Below, piece by piece: positions 28,760-37,325 of a DNA stretch of 58,689 nucleotides. Position 1 is the stretch's first letter. The number at the start of each line of letters is the position of its first letter. A model generated the notes under the pieces. The model did not search any database. It was not told where the DNA came from and saw only the letters and a list, made by a program, of their open reading frames with translations. Source of the stretch: a virus (Duplodnaviria; Caudoviricetes); the IMG/VR virus record IMGVR_UViG_3300008107_000212, positions 1 through 58,689 of that record, one strand, 5' to 3'. The position numbers and the translations under genes were made by a program.

Positions 28760-29482
28760 TTATTTAGATAGTTTAGCTGCTATTGCCATTTGGCGTTTCT
28801 TTTCTTTAGATTTTCCTTTAAATTGAGGTGCTTTGCTTTTAGAAAAATCATCTATATATGTTTTCATAGAAGATTTAGCAGTAAGTTTTTCTAATACTTT
28901 GGCTTTGATTTCTTCTATATTTGAAATTTCATTATCAATTGCTCCTGTATTTTGAGCAACACCCACCATAGCATCAATTTCTGGTTCTTTAAGTTCAAAT
29001 TCAAGATAATGTTTTGCGCTGCTGATCATAGAGGCAGCATTAGTGATTTTGGATTGCCACCAAGCCGGGAAATCAACTTCGCCTTGACCTTCAAATTGAT
29101 CTACCATTTGATAAAGTTCCATAGCATATTTTCCAATTTTATATAAATCGGCTTTAAGCATGTGGGGTTCGTTATCTTCGTGGCCTAAGTCAAGATCTTC
29201 GTCTAACTCAACCCCTCTACCTTTTAAAATATCGGCTTGGGTTACTTTGCCATCTCCAGTTAGATCCGGGAATGATTTTTTCTTTTCGTTCATTAAGGCA
29301 GCCTTAACTGCTTCTTTAAGTTTGTCTGTATTTTCCATATCTTGTACTTTTTTAGCTTCTTTTCTAGCTTTGCCGTATATTATGGCATCTGGGTTTTTGT
29401 ATTTTTTAATGAGTTTAGAGACATTCCCTAGCATACCTTGCTTAACTTTATCAAAAGTTTCTTGGTATCCTTCGTTGATCAT
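28760..29482 (-). CDS. Modular putative internal head protein
   Basis: KLKEAVKAALMNE; DLTGDGKVTQAD Ca-binding-like loop; FPAWWQSKI; SKAPQFKGKS. Confidence 0.6.
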   Translation of the reverse strand: MINEGYQETFDKVKQGMLGNVSKLIKKYKNPDAIIYGKARKEAKKVQDMENTDKLKEAVKAALMNEKKKSFPDLTGDGKVTQADILKGRGVELDEDLDLGHEDNEPHMLKADLYKIGKYAMELYQMVDQFEGQGEVDFPAWWQSKITNAASMISSAKHYLEFELKEPEIDAMVGVAQNTGAIDNEISNIEEIKAKVLEKLTAKSSMKTYIDDFSKSKAPQFKGKSKEKKRQMAIAAKLSK

Positions 29483-29483
29483 T

Positions 29484-30173
29484 TTATTTGATTAAACCTG
29501 CTATTCTTTGTAAGCGGCGAAGTTCATAGTTTTCCATTAATGGCTCACTACCATCATCTAAAGTTGTAATTTTATCTACAATAAAGTTGTAAACATCATC
29601 TTCGTCAAATCCTTCGTCTCTAAGAGTTTTAATAATATTTCGAGTAGATGAAATAAGAGTTTTAACATCGTTGCGGTTAACTAAATTATCCATTTCTTCA
29701 GGGCCATAGGTGCTTATTTCTTTTTGAAGTCTCTTTTTTTCAACTTCTTCACCTTTCTTTACTCCTGCTCCGTAAATATTTTCTTCGCCTTTTTTACCTA
29801 AACGTTTAGCATCTTTAGCTCTAGCATAATCTGTATCACCTTCTTTAACAACGTGTTGACGAGTAAAATATGTAATTGTATTGTCGATTTGGTTTTCGAG
29901 TTTTTCGTCACCCATTTCTTTAGCTTTATTTTTTAGGTCTTCAAGAGTATTTAAATATTCTTGATCTGCATCTGATAAAGCAGGGTCTTCTGGGGATGGA
30001 GCATCTGTTGCTGGTTCTTCAATTGTGTCAGTTTCATCAGCTGTAATTTCTATGTCCTCTTCTTCATCTTTCTTTTTTTCGGATAGAAAATCATATTCTG
30101 AAGTAGTATCATCAATAGATAATTCTTGAATAATATTTTTACGGATTAACTCTTTAAGTTCGGATATTTTCAT
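29484..30173 (-). CDS. Acidic putative internal head protein
   Basis: Start MKISELKELIRKNIIQE, downstream of a promoter box; C-terminus RRLQRIAGLIK. Confidence 0.6.
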   Translation of the reverse strand: MKISELKELIRKNIIQELSIDDTTSEYDFLSEKKKDEEEDIEITADETDTIEEPATDAPSPEDPALSDADQEYLNTLEDLKNKAKEMGDEKLENQIDNTITYFTRQHVVKEGDTDYARAKDAKRLGKKGEENIYGAGVKKGEEVEKKRLQKEISTYGPEEMDNLVNRNDVKTLISSTRNIIKTLRDEGFDEDDVYNFIVDKITTLDDGSEPLMENYELRRLQRIAGLIK

Positions 30174-30197
30174 TATATGTTTGTTTAGAGTGTTGTT

Positions 30198-30205
30198 TAT
30201 AAATA
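30198..30205 (-). promoter_or_regulatory. TATTTATA box (putative late promoter)
   Basis: 24 nt upstream of ATG 30173. Confidence 0.5.
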
Positions 30206-30222
30206 TGTCAAGATCAATCAAA

Positions 30223-30777
30223 TCATCGCTTTAGTGACTGAAGATATTTAAGAGCTTCGTCTTTATGTTCTATAAGTTTTGATTTAGCAGATCCAACCCA
30301 TTTTTCTACATCACCGGCTTCGGTAACATAGGTTTCATTTGTATTTATTAATTCGTCAACCCATATTTCAAAATCTTTTATCATATTGTCAACGTTATCG
30401 TTTACGTGCTGTTTATCTTGTTCTTCCCATAATCCTTGGCGTTTTAATTCATCTTCATATTTTAGTTGACAATCAAAACAATGATTAAATTGAATATAAA
30501 ATAATTTATCGTATTTGTGTTTCATTAAGCTCTTACAGGAAGGGCAAAATAATGGTAAAATAATTTTTTCCTTTGCTTTGTCTAATTTAGTAATATTTTG
30601 TTTTACTCCGTTTTTAATGGTCCATTTGCGACCATCTTCTTCCCAAATATCACCTTCATTGTGAAACTCTTGTACTTTTGTATAACCGACACTTTGCGTG
30701 GTTTTATCTCCGTATTTTTTAGTTACAAGATTACGGAGACGTTGTACATCACGCTCTTTGAATTGCTTCTTTAACAT
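30223..30777 (-). CDS. Zinc-finger-containing hypothetical protein
   Basis: CPSC...CFDC. Confidence 0.6.
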   Translation of the reverse strand: MLKKQFKERDVQRLRNLVTKKYGDKTTQSVGYTKVQEFHNEGDIWEEDGRKWTIKNGVKQNITKLDKAKEKIILPLFCPSCKSLMKHKYDKLFYIQFNHCFDCQLKYEDELKRQGLWEEQDKQHVNDNVDNMIKDFEIWVDELINTNETYVTEAGDVEKWVGSAKSKLIEHKDEALKYLQSLKR

Positions 30778-31156
30778 ATTTTCTTATTGTTTCTTCTAAT
30801 TTAGATTCTTTCATATTGCCCCCTACTTTATTAAATTTAGAGGATTTACCAATAAATTGATTTATTTTATCTTTTAGAGGTTTTTTGTTTTCGCCTGTGA
30901 TTACTATTTTAATGGTATTATCACCTGGGATTAGAGTAATGAGTGCTTCTTTACCTTTACCAATAGGGGAAGTATCTTCAATATTAAGTAGGTGGATTAG
31001 TTTTTGGATTTTCTCACCAGCATTGTTTAAAAATGTTCTATCTTCAGTTGTAGATTTTACTTTATATCCTTTATATTTTATAAAATCATCTGTAAGACTA
31101 GTTTTAAAGTCATTAATATTACCTTCTATATCTATTATAATTCTGTCTACTTTCAT
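30749..31156 (-). CDS. Hypothetical protein with C-terminal KLEETIRKYVKEA helix
   Basis: 135-aa ORF. Confidence 0.55.
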   Translation of the reverse strand: MKVDRIIIDIEGNINDFKTSLTDDFIKYKGYKVKSTTEDRTFLNNAGEKIQKLIHLLNIEDTSPIGKGKEALITLIPGDNTIKIVITGENKKPLKDKINQFIGKSSKFNKVGGNMKESKLEETIRKYVKEAIQRA

Positions 31157-33111
31157 AGTCCTAGTTTTTTAAGTTGTTCAATTGTTTCGTCTGCTGAGGT
31201 GTGTAATATACCTATACCCCCTTTGGCTCTCCATTGTTCTATATTTGAGGGTCTATCGTCTATTAAAATAGCATTTGGATTAGCAAATTCTTGCTTTTGT
31301 TCTGCTGAACGTAATATAAGTTTTGTGCCTGGGATATTATTCCTAACCCACAAGCGTTTACCTAAACGAGATGATTCTTCCATAGAGGGAGCTGATAATA
31401 GTGAGGGATTATAGGGTTTAATATAATTCCAAAGTTGTTTACCATCTAACATCCAGGGAATACCAACCCAGTATCCAACACCTTTTTCACTAATTAGTTT
31501 CCAAAATGCTTTTTTTCCAAATTTACTTTCATATTTTCCCGGAGGCATACCATTTGAAAATTCCATAAAACGTTTATCAAAATCACACAATACCCCATCC
31601 ATATCACAATATATCTTATATCCCCCGGTTCCCTTATCCTCCTTCTCTTCTCTCATCTTTTCATCATTCTCTTGAACCCCGTATCCCGAATATAATGGTT
31701 GAGAATCAGGTTGCCAAGTTTTTTTTGAAAGAGAATCCGTCCAATTTCGAAACATTATATTTCCCTTTTCGTATGCTTCTCTTTCGATTTCGTCCAAATG
31801 AGAATCTTCGGTTGTATTTTGGGTTCTAATATTTCCTAATGTACCCTTCATATTTTGTTCGTGATGTACCATTTCATGGCAAAACGAACGTAAAATATCT
31901 TTAGGGTGACGATCTAAAGTATATAATACAATAGTTTTAGATTGTGGGTCATAGTATGCTGTTGTCCCTAGGATATTTTGGGCATTATCCGTATCATCGT
32001 CTATAAATTGAACTTTAGGTAATGGTTGGATTTCCATACCTTGATTTATCATAAATTTAGATATTTCAAGAAGGAGTGGTTTATATCCTGAGCCGTATGG
32101 AGAAGATTTGCCTAAATGGTTTGGTGCTATATTTTCTTTTTGTGTGCGTAGGCGTTCTGTTTTTTCTTTAGATGCTTCTTTTCTCTGTTCGGCGTATTCT
32201 AAAGCATTTTTTAAACGCGATTTAACCTCAGGATCTTTAGCTCTTTCGTATGCTGCTCTAACACGTTGGTGTATTAGATTGATTATTTGGGATTGACGAG
32301 CGTGTGATTTGGATTTAAAAGATTCTTTAGATAAAGTATCTATAATATCCTGTTTAGTAGAAAATTTAACTTTCACAGTGTCACTTGGGTCTTCGTCTGT
32401 GTATAATCTACGGCCTGAACCTTTTGGTTTTTTGCCTGTTCCTTTTTTAGGATCAGCTTCAGATATACCACCAGGTGTATCTAGTTTTTCGCCGGTTTCA
32501 GTATTTGTATCGTATCCGCAAGTTCCCTCTTTTACTGCTCCTTTTTTTAACAAGTCGTATACTTGCTGTTTTTCCTCTTCGGATAGCTTATCAGGAAGAA
32601 ACTGCTTAAAATCCTCTAAAGTTTTTTCTGGGTTGAGAAGCACTTTACGAGCTGCTGTTCCACTAATCCCAGTATCAGGAGATTTAATAACTTTTATTCT
32701 TACATTTGGGTATTTTTCTTCAATGTTTTTAGTGCGACTTGCGGTATCAGCTACATCGCTTTCTTTGCCTTCTCTTTCTCCTAAAAAGAAATATACAATT
32801 TGGTCGGGATTATCTCTACCATAGCGTATGATATCGCCTATAGGAGAAGGGGAAGGTTGAATATCAACTTTACTATCCAAAAGATCTTTATATTGATCCC
32901 AAACCGCTAAAGATTGTTCTTGGGTAATACCATCTCTAACTCCACTTCCAACATAAATTATAAGTTTATCTAATTCGGGATGTTCTTTTAAAATTTGTTC
33001 TACAACCTCAAAATGTCCTTTAGTAGGTGGTTTAAAACCTCCTCCAAACAAGCCTATGACTTGTTTATCTTCAAGAAGTTCCCCTATTAAATGTTTAGTA
33101 AGTTGGTTCAC
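31153..33111 (-). CDS. Multidomain protein: nucleotidyltransferase (HIGH-like) + basic domain + HExxH domain + HAD 5'-nucleotidase-like
   Basis: GGFKPPTKGH..ISGTAAR; FCHEMVHHEQ; IYCDMDGVLCDF..LIDDR. Confidence 0.75.
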   Translation of the reverse strand: MNQLTKHLIGELLEDKQVIGLFGGGFKPPTKGHFEVVEQILKEHPELDKLIIYVGSGVRDGITQEQSLAVWDQYKDLLDSKVDIQPSPSPIGDIIRYGRDNPDQIVYFFLGEREGKESDVADTASRTKNIEEKYPNVRIKVIKSPDTGISGTAARKVLLNPEKTLEDFKQFLPDKLSEEEKQQVYDLLKKGAVKEGTCGYDTNTETGEKLDTPGGISEADPKKGTGKKPKGSGRRLYTDEDPSDTVKVKFSTKQDIIDTLSKESFKSKSHARQSQIINLIHQRVRAAYERAKDPEVKSRLKNALEYAEQRKEASKEKTERLRTQKENIAPNHLGKSSPYGSGYKPLLLEISKFMINQGMEIQPLPKVQFIDDDTDNAQNILGTTAYYDPQSKTIVLYTLDRHPKDILRSFCHEMVHHEQNMKGTLGNIRTQNTTEDSHLDEIEREAYEKGNIMFRNWTDSLSKKTWQPDSQPLYSGYGVQENDEKMREEKEDKGTGGYKIYCDMDGVLCDFDKRFMEFSNGMPPGKYESKFGKKAFWKLISEKGVGYWVGIPWMLDGKQLWNYIKPYNPSLLSAPSMEESSRLGKRLWVRNNIPGTKLILRSAEQKQEFANPNAILIDDRPSNIEQWRAKGGIGILHTSADETIEQLKKLGL

Positions 33112-33113
33112 TA

Positions 33114-33470
33114 TTACTTAAGTTTTTCGATTTTTTCTCTGGCTGCTTTTTTCTTGTCGTCAATACCTTTTTTAGCTTCTCTAAATTCTTTCATAGCATC
33201 TTCCATTTCTTTAAGTTGCATGTCGTATTCTTTTAAAGATTCTGTAGCATGGCGATTAGCTTCGGACTTATTTCTATATACTCCTTTTGTTTCGTCTCTT
33301 TTGATCTCATCAAATACAGTAGCTTCATATACCATATCTTCTTTGGTCATTTTTCCTTTAGGTTTCCTAACTACAAAGAATTTACCTACTTCGTCTATAG
33401 GAGTATATTCTTCTTGTTGTATTGCTTCTAGCTCTTCCTTAATTAATTGGCGTAATTGGTTTAGTTTCAT
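33114..33470 (-). CDS. Putative internal head protein
   Basis: Leader MKLNQLRQLIKEELE. Confidence 0.6.
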   Translation of the reverse strand: MKLNQLRQLIKEELEAIQQEEYTPIDEVGKFFVVRKPKGKMTKEDMVYEATVFDEIKRDETKGVYRNKSEANRHATESLKEYDMQLKEMEDAMKEFREAKKGIDDKKKAAREKIEKLK

Positions 33471-34228
33471 AATAAAAATTGGTTTATTTTAGTTTTAGCT
33501 GTAGATAAATTATCAAACTGAGGTAGTGTATCTACCATTTGTTGTATGTCTTGATTTAGTTTTGCTGCTTCAGCATCTGATTTAGCTTGTTCTTCTGGTG
33601 TTTTTGGTTTGCCCTTAGCAGTAGAAGTATCAAAAAATCTTGCCTTAATATCTTTAGGGTCAAATTGTGTTTCAGCGTCTAATGGATCATTATTTATTAA
33701 AATAAATCTATCTTCCCCAAACATATCTCTGTATGTATCTATATTTGAGTTTACATCTCTCCAAGTGCGTAATACAATACCTGGAAGTAAACTGCGTTGT
33801 CGAGCTTGATTGCGTTCTAGAGATGTTATAGGGGAAACATATAGCATTAACATCATTGTATCGTATCCTAAAGCTTCAAGTTGTTCTTTTTTCTTACGAA
33901 TAGGACCAGATGATCCTGCTGTTCCGTCTATTATAATATTATTAAGACTTTTAAGCAATTCTTGATATCTTTCGTCTGTAACTTTTCTAGCAGATGCCAT
34001 TAATTTAGCAGCTTGAGAAAGTTGATCAGGTGTAAAATTTTTTATATCCATCCCTAAACCTGTATCTTTTAACATTTGTTCGTATGTGTCGTCAATGTTT
34101 AGAACAGGTATATCTGAAGGTAATAGTTGTTTTGCTATTGTAGATTTCCCTGAGCCAGCCGGGCCTGCTAAAAATATAGCTTTAGGTTTTTCAATGGCTT
34201 CTCTCAAAAGGGATATCAGTCTGATCAT
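33467..34228 (-). CDS. P-loop kinase (zeta-toxin/AAA_33-like) with packaging-type leader
   Basis: KAIFLAGPAGSGKS, IIIDGT and SLERNQARQR; start set to MIRLISLLREA (34228). Confidence 0.75.
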   Translation of the reverse strand: MIRLISLLREAIEKPKAIFLAGPAGSGKSTIAKQLLPSDIPVLNIDDTYEQMLKDTGLGMDIKNFTPDQLSQAAKLMASARKVTDERYQELLKSLNNIIIDGTAGSSGPIRKKKEQLEALGYDTMMLMLYVSPITSLERNQARQRSLLPGIVLRTWRDVNSNIDTYRDMFGEDRFILINNDPLDAETQFDPKDIKARFFDTSTAKGKPKTPEEQAKSDAEAAKLNQDIQQMVDTLPQFDNLSTAKTKINQFLL

Positions 34229-34240
34229 AGCAGATTTTGT

Positions 34241-34248
34241 TATAAATA
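34241..34248 (-). promoter_or_regulatory. TATTTATA box (putative late promoter)
   Basis: 12 nt upstream of ATG 34228. Confidence 0.55.
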
Positions 34249-34251
34249 TAT

Positions 34252-34278
34252 AAAAAAAGGCTTGGATACCCAAGCCTT
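34252..34278 (-). terminator. Rho-independent terminator
   Basis: AAGGCTTGG-GTAT-CCAAGCC followed by T7. Confidence 0.75.
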
Positions 34279-34305
34279 CTGAATTATTATATGTATTTTT
34301 TTAAA

Positions 34306-34596
34306 TTATTCGGTATCTTCTACTTTCTTACCTTCACTTAATGCATCATCTAAAGCAATTGTAAGATTGCGAATCATTTGAGATAATTTGGTTTTATCTT
34401 CTTTAGATAATTTTTTAAGATCTTTTAAATTCGATTTTAAATCGGCAACAAATTCATCGCGAAGTGTTTCGATTTTGGATTTATATTTGTTGAATAGATC
34501 TTCTTTGACTTCAAACATTTGCTCATTTTCGTTTAATTGAAAACCAGCAAGCTTTTGCATGCGTTGAAATTCTTCGGATAGGATTTGTTTGTTCAT
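34306..34596 (-). CDS. Small helical protein with QKLAG leader
   Basis: MNKQILSEEFQRMQKLAGFQLNE. Confidence 0.65.
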   Translation of the reverse strand: MNKQILSEEFQRMQKLAGFQLNENEQMFEVKEDLFNKYKSKIETLRDEFVADLKSNLKDLKKLSKEDKTKLSQMIRNLTIALDDALSEGKKVEDTE

Positions 34597-34639
34597 GTTG
34601 TTTTTTTACTATGGATGACTAAGTAATTATATTTGTATA

Positions 34640-35167
34640 TTATTTTTGCTTTAACTTATCATAAACCATTTTACCTAAAGATAATAAGATAGCTCCTGCT
34701 ATACCCCCAGCTACCATTGCCCCCATATGTGATGGACTGTGTCCCATCAATTCCATGTGGGGTGTTATAATATCTCCAAGACTAGCTATATATTTAGCTA
34801 TAATTCCTCCCCCAATCATCCCCGCCCAAAATGTTCCTCCATAATTAATTTCTTCAGTTAATGTTTCTGCTTTTTTAGCAAAGGCTAAGGCTATCTTATT
34901 AACATCTTGAGAATTAAGATCAACCTCCCCTTCATTTAATGAAATGCCAGCTGCTGAGAGTATTTTGCTTAATTCTTCAACAGCTTTTGGGTCATTAACT
35001 ATTTTATTAGCTAGATTATTCAATTTAGAATCTGATTCAAATTGATCTGTGTTTTGAGAAATAGTCTTAGCAACTTGCTCAGGAGAAAGATTTTCTTGAT
35101 TCTCATTAATAATCCCAGCTAATTTTTGCATTCTACGAAATTCTTCGGATAAAATTTGTTTTTTCAT
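34640..35167 (-). CDS. Protein with QKLAG leader and two C-terminal hydrophobic Gly-rich helices
   Basis: MKKQILSEEFRRMQKLAGIINE; FWAGMIGGGIIA and MVAGGIAGAILLSLG. Confidence 0.65.
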   Translation of the reverse strand: MKKQILSEEFRRMQKLAGIINENQENLSPEQVAKTISQNTDQFESDSKLNNLANKIVNDPKAVEELSKILSAAGISLNEGEVDLNSQDVNKIALAFAKKAETLTEEINYGGTFWAGMIGGGIIAKYIASLGDIITPHMELMGHSPSHMGAMVAGGIAGAILLSLGKMVYDKLKQK

Positions 35168-35928
35168 GTTGTTCTTTTTATAATAGTTTTAAATTGTTCA
35201 AATTGTGGTTCCGCATTTGGGTTCTCCAAATCAAACAATTGTTTTACCATCATAAATATATGAAGATTCTCACTCTGCGATCTTTCTGATGTGACTATTT
35301 CCCATCCTTTTCCTTGCATTTTTTCTTTGTTAGCTTTGCGTTTTGATGACTTTAACCACAGTATCCCATAGTTTTCTATAGTTTTACCAAAACATTCTTC
35401 GTAACATTTACCATAAACTGCGGTTTGTAGTTCGTAGGTGGTTTGCATATGGTTTGATGTTTTAACGTCTAATAACCATAATTTACCATCTATTTCACAA
35501 ATCAAATCGCATGTTCCTGCTACTTTAAGTTCATCTGAAAATAAATGGACTTCGGTTTCGATAAGTTTAGGATTATATGTTTCCCAAAACTCTGTAAATC
35601 GTAAAAACATTTGCCAAATATCAGGAGCATACATTGGATCTCCATTTTTGGATAGATAATGGAGTTCTTCTCCGTTTAGATATTTTTCAACTAAATTGTG
35701 TACTTGAGTGCCTTCTTCGGATGCTTTTTTAACTATATATTCTGAAGCGTATCCTACTTGTTTAAGCCAATTCTCAAAATATTTACCCTTTGGGTAATAT
35801 TGTAACACATAAGTAATAGATGGATAATATTCTCCGTTACGTCTGTAGTAACGGGAATCGGGCATTGTAATTTGCTTATGATCATCGGATACTTCTAGTA
35901 TCCTATCATACGAGTGTTTTAGTATCAT
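35164..35928 (-). CDS. PD-(D/E)XK exonuclease
   Basis: YPSITYVL, GTQVH, AGTCDL..LLDVKTS and LQTAVY. Confidence 0.85.
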   Translation of the reverse strand: MILKHSYDRILEVSDDHKQITMPDSRYYRRNGEYYPSITYVLQYYPKGKYFENWLKQVGYASEYIVKKASEEGTQVHNLVEKYLNGEELHYLSKNGDPMYAPDIWQMFLRFTEFWETYNPKLIETEVHLFSDELKVAGTCDLICEIDGKLWLLDVKTSNHMQTTYELQTAVYGKCYEECFGKTIENYGILWLKSSKRKANKEKMQGKGWEIVTSERSQSENLHIFMMVKQLFDLENPNAEPQFEQFKTIIKRTT

Positions 35929-36857
35929 ATTAATTGGAGTTTTTTCTCTAAAAGATCAGAGAATGTTAAAGGATAAGTTTCCTGAATAAGATGGGTAAAA
36001 TTTTTAAATCCCATGTCTGCAGGATCTTTGTCTTGTAAATCTACAAGATATACTTCTTTTCCTTCTTTTATCAAGTTTTCGCAAAAGTTTAATGCTTGTT
36101 TTTGTGCATCTTTGTCTAACGCTATATATATTTTTTCTACAGCTGATGTAACAAGTTTTTTCATTAAACTAGATTGTATTGTTTTACCAAGTAATGGTAT
36201 TGCGTTTCGTTTAATTGCTAGAGCATCAAACGGGCCTTCACATAATATAACAGGCACATTCCAGTTTATAAATATTTCAAATGGTATTATGTTGCGAGAT
36301 GTAGATGGGTTTTTATATTTTACAGTACTGGATTGATTAAATGTTCTAGCAGTAAAATAATTCAAATTGCCGTTTGCATCGTAGGATGGGATAATAATGT
36401 GATTAGCGTATCTTCCCTTTTCGCAATATCCCATATTGTACTTAACAATATCGTCTTTTGTAATACCTCTAGATTTGAGGTAAGCTAAAGCATGTCTTCC
36501 TATAATGTCGTGTTGTGTGATATCAAGTAGCGATTTAAATTCTTTTGGTAGCTCTACTTTTTCTTCTTGTTTAGGGGCATCTATAGCAAAATATGTTTTA
36601 ACTATAGATTTAAGTTCTACAAGTTTTTCTCCTGGTACACCAATGAGCTTAAACATTTGGTGTATTTTTTTGCCTTTCTTATCGCAAACCCAACAATGCC
36701 AACTTTCATAGCTCTTTGATTCTTCATCAAAATTTATTTCAAGTTTTGGTTTGATGTGTTTACAAAAAGGACAAGTATAAGCAGCATTGCCCCTAGCAGT
36801 AAGCTTTCCAGTACCAAGTACAGAGTTTACTAGTGCAACTAGAGTTTGATTTACCAT
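35925..36857 (-). CDS. DNA primase (zinc finger + TOPRIM)
   Basis: CPFC..WHCWVC, LCEGPFDA, ALDKDA and KDPAD. Confidence 0.9.
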   Translation of the reverse strand: MVNQTLVALVNSVLGTGKLTARGNAAYTCPFCKHIKPKLEINFDEESKSYESWHCWVCDKKGKKIHQMFKLIGVPGEKLVELKSIVKTYFAIDAPKQEEKVELPKEFKSLLDITQHDIIGRHALAYLKSRGITKDDIVKYNMGYCEKGRYANHIIIPSYDANGNLNYFTARTFNQSSTVKYKNPSTSRNIIPFEIFINWNVPVILCEGPFDALAIKRNAIPLLGKTIQSSLMKKLVTSAVEKIYIALDKDAQKQALNFCENLIKEGKEVYLVDLQDKDPADMGFKNFTHLIQETYPLTFSDLLEKKLQLI

Positions 36858-36878
36858 AGCGGGGAATATATAAAATCC

Positions 36879-37325
36879 CTACTTGGAATCAAAGTCTTTC
36901 CTGTAAAATTTGCCTAAAACGTTATCGTTGAAATATTCTGAGGGATTTTCCAATACCCCATGTTTAAATAGATATTTACACTCATAATATGTTAGCAGTT
37001 TTTTGCTGTAAACCAACTCTAGTATTTCACGTTTGAATTCTTGCTGTTTACCTTCCTTTAACATTTCTAAAATAGGTTTAGCAGAGCCGTAATATGTTTT
37101 CCAATCGCTTTCCTTTTGGATTGTTTGGTGGGTTGGTTTACGACCGGCACCTTGGTGTTCGGCTAATTCCTTGCGTGTTAACTTGCGTTTTACGTTGTGA
37201 TACAGTACCTTCTTACCAATGTACGATATCCCGCTGGGTATATGAGTAGTTATGTATATAAACCCGTATATGTTGGAGGGAAAATCGTCTAATTTTTCTA
37301 TAACTTTATTATTGTATAACCACAT
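36879..37325 (-). CDS. GIY-YIG-like nuclease
   Basis: GFIYITT...SYIGKK, WKTYYGS and FKREIL. Confidence 0.7.
   Translation of the reverse strand: MWLYNNKVIEKLDDFPSNIYGFIYITTHIPSGISYIGKKVLYHNVKRKLTRKELAEHQGAGRKPTHQTIQKESDWKTYYGSAKPILEMLKEGKQQEFKREILELVYSKKLLTYYECKYLFKHGVLENPSEYFNDNVLGKFYRKDFDSK

Noticed and set aside
33467-34228. Epsilon-zeta toxin-antitoxin pair with the neighbouring small gene
   Set aside because: A terminator and separate promoter box lie between them, the small gene has no antitoxin features, and the kinase substrate is unknown
36879-37325. Intron-encoded homing endonuclease
   Set aside because: Free-standing between intact genes, with no intron structure or split host gene seen
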